DNA of 64,000 nucleotides, taken from assembly GCF_001194135.2 (NCBI RefSeq), contig NC_068985.1, forward strand, positions 921,479-985,478. Reading direction: 5' to 3'. The position numbers were made by a program, and so were the translations under genes. Of the stretch, positions 50,401-63,654 are shown in pieces. Origin of the DNA: Octopus bimaculoides. Taxonomy: Eukaryota. Under the pieces are notes generated by a model. That model did no database searches and had not been told where the DNA came from. It saw nothing but the letters and a program-made list of their open reading frames with translations. The stretch's first letter is position 1; each line of letters opens with the position of its first letter.

Positions 50401-52407
50401 ATAAAATTTTATTTCCGAAAATTTTTTCCATAGATTTCAAAATATGTTTGGAGATTACATCACTGAATCTTGAATTTTCTAAATATTTCAATAACTTTAT
50501 TACTACTATAGATGTCGATATAATTGCATGTCTATTGGCTGCACACTCTATCAACATTTCATAAACTGTTGTGGTTTAGTCACATAAGCATCTCTTTACT
50601 TACAGTCAGTCCTTTCCATTCATTTTAGTTCTTGTAATCTGGCTAACTTGTGTAACCTCACATTTCAAAACTAGTGATCTCCTAATAAGAAACTTTATAA
50701 TTAGCATTACATAAGAAATAATTGAAATGAGTAAAGGAAAAACACTTTTGTTTTCTCTCATTGTTAAGAACTGAACTTAAAACCTATTTTACTGAAAAAG
50801 CACTTCTGCAGAAGATAAACACTTTATCATGACATATTGTTGCCTGTTGTTTTGTCACAGGCCACTGATAGCTAACAGATTGATTTCATAATAAAATCAT
50901 GTGTAAAATCGTAAAGACAAACATTGATGACATAATTAGGAAGACTGGAGGCTGGAATAAGAAAACAGCTTGATATCCTTTTGTGAGGATGTCATAAAGT
51001 GTTAGATTGGTATCAAACATGTAAGGTATTAGCAGGAAATAGGTTCATTTCTCATATGTAGGGATTCTTTAGAAAAAGATGACATCATTTATTCAAAGCC
51101 TCTAACATTGCCGTTCTTTCTAGCGAAGCTGTCATGCAGCGTTCACAGACATTACACTTGGTAATTAATCTCTCAGGCATTGCAGATATTAACCCTGACA
51201 ATTCATTTCCCTAAAATATAATACTTCTATCTATCATTCAAAAACCCCTTTTGAATATCTGCAAACCCAGCTGATAATCTACTCAACTAGACATTTTCTC
51301 ACAACATTCATCTTGAAATAACTCCAAAGATAACTATATAACTGTTTTCTTATTAATAACATGCCATTGCTTCTATTGTTTCATTTGTCACACCGTTGCT
51401 GGCACTTTTATTTATATCCTACTCTTCAGCCCATTAACATTATCACAGCTTAAAAAGAAATCACTTTCAAACCCATTGTTTCTTTTCATTGCCATTTTCC
51501 ACAAAATTTCTCTGACCAGAGTAAATTTATGTTATTGCAACATAAAATAAGTGATTCATTTTTTTTTTTGTTAAATTCCAAAATGTGTTGTCAACAAATT
51601 TTTGTATGTTTAATAAATGGCACAGTCATAAGTTCTGCTGATTATTCTAGCTCTGATCTTTAAATCCTCAGATAACAGCCTTTTCTATTGACCTTCTACT
51701 CTTTGCCAATAACGTTTGGGTTAATATTCTACTTCTTGGCTAATTATACTTATATTGACATTCAGCCCTAACTTTTTTCTATTGTTAATTGTGATTCTGG
51801 TAAATAAATTTCAAAGTGACATTCTTGTATCTAAATAATGATTTTCTTAATTACACTTAAGTGTAAAGTTAATTAATTTCATTTGGTAAGTGTCACATGC
51901 CACTACCTTTTTCTTTTTATGGACATTAGTAAAGGATTGACAATGCTGTTGTTGATTACCTATTATATTGCATATAATTAATAAACCATCATTGATTAAA
52001 TTTTCATTGGCATTTAACTGACTTACTAATTAGTTACTAGCATTGACAGTGACTAATTAATTATTCATGTCCAACACTTGTGAATTTTAATTACATAAAA
52101 GTCCTAACTACATTCATGTTATTCCAGTAATTATCTGCTTACTATTATTTTCACATCAAAAATATTTGTTTAAATATTTTTTCACTAAAGACAAACAATC
52201 AAATTAAATAATCAACTTTTAAGAATCCAGATCAATGTTTTTAAATTTTGAAGTATTATTTTTTTTTATTACACACATATCCCAATTATTTTGTGAAGAG
52301 ATGGGAGATTTTGTATCTTAACTGTTTCTACTTTACTATCATTTTTCTGTAATTCTATGATAATAAGAAAGGAATGGTTTTCACAATTTCTGATATTTTA
52401 AACTTCT

Positions 52408-52550
<143 letters not shown>

Positions 52551-53739
52551 AAAATAGCTAGATCGCCTTTCTATCAATTACTGATCATATGTAATGTAAG
52601 AGTGCAAAATGAAGTAAGTTAAAGTTGCTTTTTGCCAAAGGGCAGAAAACAATGATTTCACTAAGGTTCAAATTAATAATCATGTTATCAATAATTAAAT
52701 AATTAAATCTCTAATCTCAGAACTAAATACCAAACCAATAGAAAAGTTAAGAGTTTCTTCTCTGTTACTTAAGCACTTTTACCATAACTCTTTAATTCTA
52801 CTTTTATCAATTTGTGTTGCAAGATTCCTGATGTGAAGTCGTGTGTTAAAACAATTATTGTTTTCATTTCAGGATAGTCGTTTTTTTTTTTTTGCCAAAT
52901 AAACATACGCATTATATATTTGTTCTTTACTTGTTTATTACTGTTCTTATTCTTGGACATAAGTTAGAATAAGAACAGTAATAAACGAATAAAAAACGAA
53001 TGTACAGTGTGTGTGTTTATATGGCAAGAAAAAATGACCATCCTAAAATACAACAATATCTTTCAAACTACTCAGATGGAAAATAAGCACCTGCCTATCA
53101 AAGAGGTATTCTAGCCTTCACTAAAGACAGCCAGGGTTCCACTATTTCATAAAAGAAACCAAAGACAAACAAATATAGTGGAAGAAAGCATAAACTAACG
53201 CCATATGTTAGCAATTATATTCTAGTGGGAATTTTTAAGTCTATCTTCTGATTATGCAAAATAACGTTTTAATTCATAGACTGAAATATGCTGGATTGTG
53301 CATGTAATTAACTAATTAGAAAATGTGAAAAATATTTACTGTGGTTACATGTTAATCTCTTACTTAGACATGCTACAGACTCATAAAGGTGCTATTTTGT
53401 TTTTCTCAAAGACATGAATAAATTAATTAAATTGAAAATAATTGTTACAAAGAAATGGAATTGAGTCACAGAGTCACATCACCAGGAAATTATGTTTCAT
53501 AATATACATTTGTAATTGTTGTTCTTCATAACCATTTTGCTCTTCTGTCTTATGTATTAGCTAGCTAGAATAGAAGCCAGGCATTGAAAATAAATGGCAT
53601 GAAGAAAAGCTGTAAGTATAAAGTTTGTCAATGTTTTACAATGAGAAGATCAGAAATCTGAGGTGATTTGGATTGCAAGGCATTGTGCTAGCATGAATCA
53701 TGACATTGTTGAGGAAAAGTGGTTTTGAAATGCCAATAG

Positions 53740-55520
53740 CATAGTCACTCTAAGAGAGGCTTTGAAGAACCTAGAAAATGTTGCAATGAAAGCTTGTTGA
53801 ATGATGAGAGTGTAGGAGAGAAAGAGGACCCACTCATCAGATCAATCAGCTGTTGATGCTGAGAGCTGTATTGCCATATGGTTAAGAATATAAAGGAAGA
53901 GAAAGCTGTTGGATCACCAGATGTTGTTGCTGAGATGCTGAAAGTATCTGGTGAAATAAGACACATGTTAGTCACTCCCATAGCCAATCAGATTGTACAG
54001 GTCAGTACCAGATGCAATGATTCACATTACACTTATCACCGTTAAAGGAGCCAAAGAGTTTCTTTACAAAGAATAACTATACAGGCTGATGGTCCGAGTT
54101 ATGACAGTGAAAGTAACTTTAATGGTAGAAGTCCAACCCATGCTAGCATGGAAAGCGGACGTTAAACGATGATGATGATGATGAATTGATTAGAAGAAGA
54201 ATTAACTTGGATGAGAGGAAATTCAGGCTGGAGTAAAGCCAATGCCATCATCTTTCTTGCAAAGCAGCAACAGGAGAAGTTCTTAACTAAAAGCAAACCA
54301 TTCTATAAAAAAATACCTTTCATAGCACATCGTGCTAAAACACTCTGAGGAGTATCGAGGGATGTGTCAACTACGTCCAGAGATGCTGTCAGCAAGGTGA
54401 AAGTTAGCAATGAATTCAATGAAGAATTTCATGTCTACCCAAGAATCCATCAGGAGTCAGTTCTCAACCCCTTTCTATTTTCTTTTGTTCTCCAAGCTAT
54501 AACAGAAAAATTGATACCTGGTTGACATGGGGAATTCTGTATGCAGATGACATTGTTCTCATTACTGGAGGCTATTGAAGAATTAGAAAATACAAATATG
54601 AAAGTAAAGTTAGCTAGAAAGGAGACAAGTCATTACAACTGCCACCTGGAAATGGGTGATGCTTGATATGAAAGTGTAGGTAGAAAATGCATATAGTGTA
54701 CTCAATGTAAACTGTTGGTGCACAATAGTCATTGTAGGATCATAGGCAGAGAGAGAGAGAGAGAGAGACTTTATATGTTAAAGGTACATGTACAGAGTTT
54801 GCAGTAAGCATAGATATAATATTAATTATTTCAAATACTTGAAAGTTTTCCAAGAAGTAGTTAATGAAATCTGTTACCTATGACAGCAGTTCTCAAAATG
54901 ACAAATACTAGACTTCATCTGAAATATTATGGAAATGGTTCTGTTGCTCTTTTCTCCATTCTTTATGAAACAGAAGACAAAATAGTTCCATCCGTCTTTT
55001 CCTTTGCCATGGCATTGGACAAATTTAAAAAGTTGGAAACTTTATAAAACAGCAATTTGTCCACCCACTTTATAGAATTCACTGAACATTGAGAAAGAGG
55101 TAGATAATGTGTTTGTTGAGAAGGTCCACCTTATGGTGTTGAGAGGCTTCCCAACTCCACGAGGGACATTGACCAAACTAATGGGTGTGCCAAAAGCAAA
55201 GCAGCCAGAGTAAGAATGGGGCAGAAACAGTAAGAGAACTATTACTGCTGCCAGCGATGAAGATTTCCCTTTGTGTGAAAAGGGGACTGTATAATGGTAG
55301 TGAGAATGAATGTCAGAGTATTGAGAGAAAAAGTAGATGTTAGAAGAACTAAAGGTACAAGAGAGAAGACCGAACTGGTAGAGGCAGAGGATGACAGTGG
55401 GGCAAAGAAGTGTTAAGCATGGCTGGTGAAAGGAAATTCTGATGGAAAGAAATCAAGATCTTCAAAGAAGTAATAAAGATTGATCTGAGATGAGTGAATG
55501 GTTTGCAGCGAATAGTGAGA
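53740..55520 (+). pseudogene. Old decayed RTE LINE (pre-RT, RT, Cys insert, C-terminus) with nested insertions
   Basis: KAVGSPDVVAEMLKVSGE..; RDAVSKVKVSNEFNEEF..IHQESVLNPFLF..LQAITE..LYADDIVLI; CTQCKLLVH; VLREKVDVR..; a short young RTE 3' tip is inserted at 54129-54183. Confidence 0.8.
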
Positions 55521-55707
55521 TGCTGGGCCGGAGAAAACCTACAAAAAACAGAGGGAGAGACAGCAAGGAGGACGACAAGGACTTTTACATGTAGGTGCAT
55601 CAATGCACACATATACACACTGTTCACACACATGTACATGCACACAGACACACACACACACACACACTCACACGTATAAACAGGTAAAAATGCTTATGTG
55701 TGCGTGT

Positions 55708-55904
55708 TCCCCGTCGGTCACAAGGTCCTCTCCAAGGCACAAACGGGGCAAGGTTGTGGAAGAGTAGCAGTGACCCATGCATACCATCCTTCCTTTTCCA
55801 AGCCATGCAAAGGCCGATACAGCTTGGCACCAGTCACATCACTACTCATTTCTACAGGTGAGTGAACTGGAGCAACGTGAAATAAAGTGTCTTGCTCAAG
55901 AACA
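55708..55904 (-). mobile_element. SINE family C, head-truncated
   Basis: GCAAAGGCCGATACAGCTTGGCACC..CTCATTTCTACAGGTGAGTGAACTGGAGCAACGTGAAATAAAGTGTCTTGCTCAAGAACA matches 61239-61566. Confidence 0.75.
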
Positions 55905-56177
55905 AGACGTGTTTTATATGTATGTACACACATACATACTAGTATACATATGTTGTAAAAAAAAATTACTGTATTTTGAGAAATAAGCTGAAAGTAGTAT
56001 TTGATAAATGCATTGACATGCATTCCATATATTTGACACATATAGAGCCAAGCTAAGTTATCATCAAAGCAGATCTGTCAAAAGTAGTATATGACATGTC
56101 ATACGTGTATAAAACTGTTATGGGGAAACATACATCACATTATACAAACTTTATTTAACATAGATTCACGACATATA

Positions 56178-57051
56178 CAGGGTGTGGTGAATAGGCTGCC
56201 ATCTAAATGAGAAAAAAAAATGGAAATAACACTGACATCTCATTTTAACAGATATATTTACCAAAATTACATAAAAATAACTTGAAATACTAAAGAGTAA
56301 ATTTATTCAATAAAATCGCCATTGGCTTCAACCACGGCCTCCAAATGATTTCGGAATCTCTTGCAACTCATCTGGATGGTCACCTTGTTTAAGTTGGTGA
56401 ATGCTGCCATAATCCTTGCCTTCAGTTCATCTTTGGTGTTACAATGAGTTTTGTTGGTCTCTTATTCAACTGCACCCCACACATAATAATCAAGGGGGTT
56501 GCAATCTGGGGAGTTAGGTGACCAAATGTTAGGTGTGATGTAGTTGCAGAAATTGTCTGACAGCCATGACTGGGTTCCCTTGCTTGTGTGACATGGTGCA
56601 GAGTCCTGTTGCCAGACAAAGGGTCTTCCAGCAGCCACCTCTTGACCGAGGGCAGCGCTTCCTCCTCCAGGCATTTGATGTAGGCCTCCGTGTTGAATTT
56701 GAGGCTGTGTAGGAAGATGAATGGAGGCATAAGTTTGCCATCACTAATGATCACTCCAAACACCATGATGTTGACTGGATGTTTGATTTTTATCCCTTTC
56801 AGTACATTCACTGTCCTCAGATTGACACCCAAACACTCTGAAATGGTCATACTGGAGCTTCCAACACAAATGCCAAGCAGCACAGCATGTTGTTTTCAAA
56901 TTCTGACAGCGTGAATTGCATCATGGTGCAGTTTTTCTCACAGACGCTGCCCAACTGACCCTACTATACTGTGTAGCTGACAAAATAAAAAAACAATGTG
57001 CAATCATGAAAAAAATATATAAAATGGCATCAATTTACCTATCACACTCTT
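56178..57051 (-). mobile_element. Internally deleted Tc1/mariner element, DD37D (maT) type, TA TSD
   Basis: KHPVNIMVFGVI.SDGKLMPPFIF..; FVWQQDSAPCHT..WSPNSPDCNPLDYYVWG with 37 residues between D2 and D3; imperfect TIRs TA|CAGGGTGTG..GCTGCCA; one frameshift and one stop; first catalytic D deleted. Confidence 0.9.
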
Positions 57052-57116
57052 TATTTTCAATGATTAATTTAAAGGAATTTAAGCATATGAAATATGTTAT
57101 AAATTTCCTATATTCC

Positions 57117-57150
<34 letters not shown>

Positions 57151-59353
57151 TTTCCAGTTGACATATATAATATATATTTCAAGCATTGGTCATATCCATT
57201 ATACACTGTATCATATTTCGCTGAACAATACTTAGATGCTTCTTCATTATTTATGTATTTTGATAATGTAATTACATCAATAACAATGTTTTATGTCAAT
57301 GAAACAGCTGTTGAACACAATTGAATTATGAAATGTGTGGGAAATTTATGCCTTTCTGTTTTTTATTCCAAATATGCTGCTCTCAGCAATCATTTTAGCT
57401 GATTCTATAGACACATGCAAGTTTGTTTCTCCAGAATTTACTGCTTTGTAATAACATAGTGGAGTTTAAAGTTTTATTATTTGAGCTTTTAATAACTGTG
57501 GATATATTTTTTATACTCATACATCAACTATATGTGTCTGTATGTGTGCATATAAGCTTGTGTCTGAATGTGTGCATATATCTCTGTGTACATCTATGTG
57601 TGTGCACGTGTGTGCTTGGGTGTATGTAAAGGGAATGCAGATTTGGTTTCATAAATCAGATTGCTGATTATTGCCATATCGTTTTTAAAAATAAAAACAA
57701 GAAAGTTCACTATAGAAACAAAACTGAAAGTTTGAAATCTATGAAATATCTATATTTAGCATAAAAAGTAACAAAGCAAAAGAAACACTGTACACATATA
57801 TAAAATACATTTATTTCTGAAAGAAATAACTTTCTGATCATCATCTCTTTTCACAATTGTTAAACTTATTCATCCTGATTTTCATTCACCCTTTCTCTTC
57901 CTTTCCCTTCAGCTTTTGTATCATACTCAGTCTTTTTTTCTTTTTTGTCTCTCACCCCTTTCCTCGCTACCTGTATCATTCTCTCTGGCATTCATTCTTT
58001 ACACCTGTGTTATTCTCTCTCCTTTTGCATGTCTAGTTCTTCCTCTGTAATAGTGACCTCTATCTTTCTTTCCTTCCCTGTTACTGTTGTTACCTCTTTC
58101 TCTTTTATTTCTTTTTATCTGTCCCACCCTCTGTGTAGCTGTGTATTTGTATGACTGTATGCTTTATAAGTTACTGACTGCTAACTTATCAATCTCCAAG
58201 CCACTCATCTATTCATTTATGTAATCTGACACTTTCTTTACTACTTTTTCATTACTTTCAGCAAAGTCACTGCTTTCTCCTTTCAGTATAATAGAATGAA
58301 AGAAAGCAACCAACAAAATATCTCTATGTATATATCACAATAGTAAAATTTAGATCTGGATGTACTTTAAATATAGAACATATCGTGGGACACTGAGAAA
58401 AAGAAAATCAAAATTTGTACATTAAATATACTTTTATTCTTTTAGAAATACTTTTATATTTCTCATTCTCACAGCGTTCATTAGCATGGCAAGAAGATAG
58501 GAATAAAACTTATAATGCTTATTAGACATGCTACCATTGTTGCAAAATGTGGTTGTTAGAGCTGATTATTGGAAACAAGAATGAGCATAACGTATATACA
58601 TATATGCGAAACTATGTGTTTGTGCATCCATACATGCATGAGGCAAATGGTCACTAAAACATCTCAATATTCTCTAACAGAACTTGTATTAAATATTCCA
58701 ACATATTTTCTATACGAAGTATATTTGAGGACAATTCCTATGATTTGATTCGTTCACACAGACATATAAACATAGCACCAACTACCTGTTGAGTCATTGT
58801 GCAATCTCACTGATTAAATATCTTGCTTTGATGATCTAAAACTGTATTACTTGGATTCATATGTATATATCCACCAATCACACACACATATAATATATGT
58901 ATTGTGTATCTGTGTGTGTATGTGTGTGCGTTTAAAATTCGATAGGTTTATGTGTATATTTATTCTGTGTCTAAGTAGTTTATGAATAATGCTTGCTATG
59001 CAGAAGGTGAAGTAGACATGAAGGGAGATGTGATCAGCACAAGAGCGTATAGTGTAAGAAGTGACAGGTCATTAGTATAGAAAAGAAGGCTAGGAACAAC
59101 CTAACAGAACTCTAGGATTCGCCTGATGCACCATCAATGCAAAAGAGGTGCCTGATTGGAAATCTCCGAATTAAGATGTAGGTAAACAACTTAGCTAGGG
59201 TCTCACTGGCCAAAGGCTAATATCAACAATAACACAGCATGCATTGGATTTCCCTAGGTCTAGTGTCACTCGTACATGGCAGACACAGCGATATGCTAAC
59301 ATGCACAAACATATGCATGCACACTTGTGCGCAACACATATGCATGCACACTT

Positions 59354-59408
<55 letters not shown>

Positions 59409-60961
59409 TACACATCTTTTTGAATAAATTCTTTGATAAGAATGTTTACTATGAAGTGTTTATGAGGAACTGAAAAATCTACAGCAATAAAACATAGTTT
59501 GCATTTGCATATAGAAATTAGTAATTCCACGAAAATTATCCATCATGAACGTCCCTGAAGGTGAATACTGAGAATGGGCTGAGACTTGTGCAATATCAAC
59601 CAGAAAATGAATTGGAGCGCCATACAAATAGGCATGGAAACTATTGAACAAAACAACAAAAACTTCAGAGAGAAATTCTTCAGATTCCACACAGAGTCTT
59701 TGCATCTAATTAAACGGTAAAACGCAGTTAACAGCCAATAATGTTGTTGCAGCAGAACTTTACACCTGCACAAGCAATATTTAATTAATCTTAACTACAT
59801 CATACACCGCTAGTCTAATTAGTTCAAACAACACCATTGTCTTGTTTGCAATGTCTCTTATATTCATAAACAACACACAAGATCTTTTATTCTCTTTGTC
59901 CTTCTGTCACTTAAACATTGTTAAGTATTTCAGAATTCTTACTTTGCTTAAAAGATGTAATTATAATTTTAGGAATACTTTATTCTTTAACAAACTCTGC
60001 CAACTCATTCCATAGTTTTATTATAGACTTTTAGTTGTTGATTTTCAAATGCCTTTGTTTTTGTTTTTTTTGGTGGAGGGTGGAATTAGTCATTTTAAGA
60101 AATGGTTGTTCATATCATTAAGGATATTATTTTAATTAATTTATAAAAACCTTGGATTATTATCTTTTAAGTATGCTAGTTACCACTTTGGACAAATGAT
60201 TTTTCCATAGAGAATCAACCAGACATTGATGTGTGTGTGTGTGTGTGTGTATGTGTGTGTGTGTGTGTGTGTAGCTTAGTGGCTAGCTCATTGCATTCTT
60301 GATTGTAAGATTATGGTGTTGATTCCTGGACCGAATGATGATGCATTGTGTCTATCAGCAAAACATTTCATTTCACATTTGACTGATAGAAATGAATGAT
60401 CCAGGGATGTACTGGTGTCCTGTCCAGGTGTGGAATACATTGGCCATGAAATCCAGGAAACTGGGTTTTATGATGTAATGGAACAAGTAGGAGCTTTGAT
60501 ATTTTTCACACATAGATACATACACGCCTGCATACATACATACATACATACATACATACATGTATCTATGTGTGTGTGTGTTTGTGTGTGTATCAGAAAA
60601 CTTGTTTTTGCACTGAAAATGCACCTAAATCTTAAAACAAATTTTAGTTATTTAAATTTTAATAAATCAAAATTTAAAAAAATAAAATTATTGAAATAAA
60701 ATACTAGTTTCAACAATATTTTTGTTTCGCAGTGATAAATAAATAAAAAAATAATATAAAAAGATAAATATTTAAAAGAAAGAAAATGCACAAAGAAGAG
60801 TTTCATGGCACCAAAGCATAAAGAAAATCTAAATTTCACACCAATAAGAAATGCTAACAGTTTGGATGTTCACAGCAACAACACATGACAGAATCTAATG
60901 AGGTCAATAAGCTTCGTTACAATAAATTTTGTTAATTATTAAACATGATTAAGTAATTTAA

Positions 60962-61089
60962 CCCCAGGAGACATCGTCTCCAGCTGGCTATACAACACGA
61001 TCTGTGTCCTTATATTTAGATTCCCTTGTTCGAAAATATAAGGACACATATCGTGCCGCATAGCCAGCTGGAGACGATGTCTGCTGGGG
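60962..61089. mobile_element. 128-bp palindromic piggyBac-like MITE / long hairpin
   Basis: TTAA|CCCCAGGAGACATCGTCTCCAGCTGGCTAT..GTGTCCTTATATTT mirrored by AAATATAAGGACAC..ATAGCCAGCTGGAGACGATGTCTGCTGGGG|CTAA. Confidence 0.8.
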
Positions 61090-61238
61090 CTAAATTACAG
61101 CAACATTTGTCCTAAACCAGGACTGCCATTTTATGCTAGCAAACAATCTTTACTTCATAATACTGCATCTAAAATATATTTATGCATATATGCATAAGGG
61201 CATATACATGCATACATAAGTGGATTTGTTTACAAGTT

Positions 61239-61566
61239 GAGACCCCCTTCGGTCATGACTGACCATGGGATTGCACCTAGAAAGTTACCCTCCCAGGCAC
61301 AAGTCCGGGTAAGGTTGTTTATGGAAGACCAGTAGTCACCCAAGCATACCAGCCTCCCCTCTCCATGCCACCACTGTTATCCAAGGGAAAGGCAAAGGCC
61401 GATACAACTTGGCACCTCTGATGTCGCAACTCATTTCTACAGCTGAGTGAACTGGAGCAATGTGAAGTAAAGTGTCTTGCTCGAGAACACAACATGCAGC
61501 CCGGTCTGGGATTTGAACTCACAACCCCAAGATTGTAAGTTCGATGCTCTAACCACTGAGTCATGT
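61239..61566 (-). mobile_element. tRNA-derived SINE family C, full length
   Basis: Head GACTCAGTGGTTAGAGCATCG..GTGAGTTCAAATCCC, centre GTGTTCTCGAGCAAGACACTTTACTTCACATTGCTCCAGTTCACTCAGCTGTAGAAATGAG, 3' end CCATGGTCAGTCATGACCGAAGGGGGTCTC. Confidence 0.85.
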
Positions 61567-61615
61567 ACTTTCACTGTTTACAAGAATGTGTTTTTATATA
61601 TATATACATATATAT

Positions 61616-62215
61616 ATTTGAAGTTAAGCAACAAAAATTCAATAGGTTATAGCAGTACGTACGTTTCTTACAAGCTCCATTTATTCATGTAGTGAGAACA
61701 CCACAGAAAATGCAATGAAAATGTACTTTCCCTCATGCTTTATTTACCCCTAACCTGCTGTCCACCACTGCTTAACCTACCTTTCTCTAAATTTGAAATT
61801 ACTACTATCCCTCCTATTAGATTTTAAATTCTTGTTTGATTCACTTGTCTGTGAAACAGCAGCATAGTCGAGATGTTATGTTTTCTTCTCTTANNNNNNN
61901 NNNTGAAACAGCAGCATAGTCGAGATGTTATGTTTTCTTCTCTTACTCTTGTTTTTTGCAAACATCTTCAAAATGACTTTCTAAAATGAAATTCCATTAT
62001 GCAGCTGAAGAGATCAATTTTCATTGCATTTTCTGTGGTGTTCTCACTACATGAATAAATGGAGCTTGTACGAAACGTACGTACTGCTATAACCTATTGA
62101 ATATTTGTTGCTTAACTTCAAATTTTATTCACCAAATCTCTTGATTTTGTTTTTGGTTTTTATCCTACCAAATTCTGGTGCCTCAAACATTTTAAGTACC
62201 ACATTTAATTTTTTG
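61616..62215. repeat. Repeat X: minus-strand copy (61985-62215) plus inverted partial copy (61616-61735)
   Basis: AATAGGTTATAGCAGTACGTACGTTT..ATGTAGTGAGAACACCACAGAAAATGCAATGAAAAT is present in both orientations; matches 14275-14511. Confidence 0.8.
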
Positions 62216-62266
62216 NNNNNNNNNNNNNNNNNNNNNNNNNNNNNNNNNNNNNNNNNNNNNNNNNNN

Positions 62267-62420
62267 ATCCCGTCTCTCCCTTTTTCTTTCTGTGTTCCTT
62301 ACTGTGGAAGAGCGTAGGCTCGAAACGTTAAAAGACTTTTTCACTTCCTGAACATTAAACTAATACATCTGTTTGTTGTCTACACCACCTGTCTTTTTTT
62401 TTTTTTTTTGTGAATTCTTC
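62267..62420 (+). mobile_element. Penelope pLTR-like short repeat with hammerhead-like motif
   Basis: CTGTGGA-A-GAGC/GTAG/GCTC-GAAACGTT; downstream TTAAACTAATACATCTGTTTGTTG as at 38.9 kb. Confidence 0.6.
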
Positions 62421-62936
62421 CCCAATATGTATATATTTATATATATATATATGCATGCATGAACATGTATTTGTGTTTCTGTAGGTGTTCAATGCTTGTG
62501 TATATGTAGAAAATAAATTTTGTTTTTCTAAACAGCAGTTATTTTTATATTTTTCACATGGCTATTTTAGTAAGAGATGATGGCATAACGTATAATTCGT
62601 TGATGTAATATCATATTTTATGCATCTTCTACTGACTTTGCTATCCATCCTGTTAGCAATGTTTAATTTCACTTTCAATGTATGTTGAAGAGATCAAACC
62701 AAGTTTTTCTATTGAAAATCCTTTTCCTAACCATTTAACTGCAACATTTTAATTCATGAAGCTCGTGCTCCGACTCTGTGATCTCAACCACTTGAGATAT
62801 TCTTGGATTTCTTACCATATTCCTGCCCTTCCTTCAAGTCCAATAATCTATTTCTTCATATTGTTTTCTTTTGAATCCCTCCTGCTGAATCTCTTATTTA
62901 GTTTCAATACTTCTTTGTTCACTGCTGCATTAGTAC

Positions 62937-63038
62937 CTCTTTTACGAGGACAGAGAATTTGAAAATTCTTTTGATCATGTTCAACTGGTTTTATGGATGA
63001 GTCTCTGACTTTTACTATTTCAATTTGGTAGTTTGCAT
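62937..63038 (-). CDS. Candidate coding exon (phase 1), unknown protein; may instead extend to a stop at 62848
   Basis: Acceptor tctcctatgcag|AT; open frame DANYQIEIVKVRDSSIKPVEHDQKNFQILCPRKR in phase with the upstream exon; donor AGAG|gtacta. Confidence 0.3.
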
Positions 63039-63491
63039 CTGCATAGGAGACATTATACTCTTATAATTTCATTGCATTTTATTATATTTCACATCATTCT
63101 GTAATCTGCTACCAGACTTGATTCTGTTTAGTTTTCTTGGCCTCCAAGTTGAAGACTGCAAAATTCAATTCCAGAAACTGCACATCAATAAAGGATAAGC
63201 ATTTGTGCACTGATTCTTGACAAATTCAGTAACTGCAACCATAAAAACTAAATCTCCTATGCAAGCAAGTAATTTGTGAATGTGTAAGTATCTCTGTACA
63301 GGCTGCACCCTTTTCACAAAATTTCAACAGAATATCTATAAACTGTCAGCATAAAGATCAATAAGATTTCCTGTTATTGGACATAAGAGTATAATTTAAT
63401 GTCTGTTTAAAGAAGTGGTTTTATTGTCACAAACCTATGGTGATATTTCATGCTAAAAGAAAACGTTTCCAAAACTTTGTTGTTGTTATAC

Positions 63492-63608
63492 CTAACATGG
63501 TATCTGGCTGAATCCTCCTGGCACGTCTATGGGTATCCTTAACTGAGTTCACTCTATTGTGAACATTCGGCGCAAACAACCAATTCCTTCCATTCCCTCC
63601 ATATTTTC
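63492..63608 (-). CDS. Candidate internal coding exon (117 nt, phase 1-1), unknown protein
   Basis: Branch-like TGACTAAT about 30 nt upstream, acceptor gtcttcag|G, donor TTAG|gtataa, only one frame open (KYGGNGRNWLFAPNVHNRVNSVKDTHRRARRIQPDTML), GC higher than flanks. Confidence 0.5.
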
Positions 63609-63654
63609 CTGAAGACATTGACTAATAAATATTCTGATTAGTCACCATATATAA

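Noticed and set aside
59460-59773. Overlapping minus-strand ORFs of 76-81 aa
   Set aside because: No recognisable motif; the frame in phase with the candidate upstream exon stops after 12 codons.
61500-61566. tRNA gene (also tRNA-like heads at 26851-26913, 16030-16092 and 60272-60330)
   Set aside because: No complete acceptor stem or cloverleaf; each continues into SINE body sequence.
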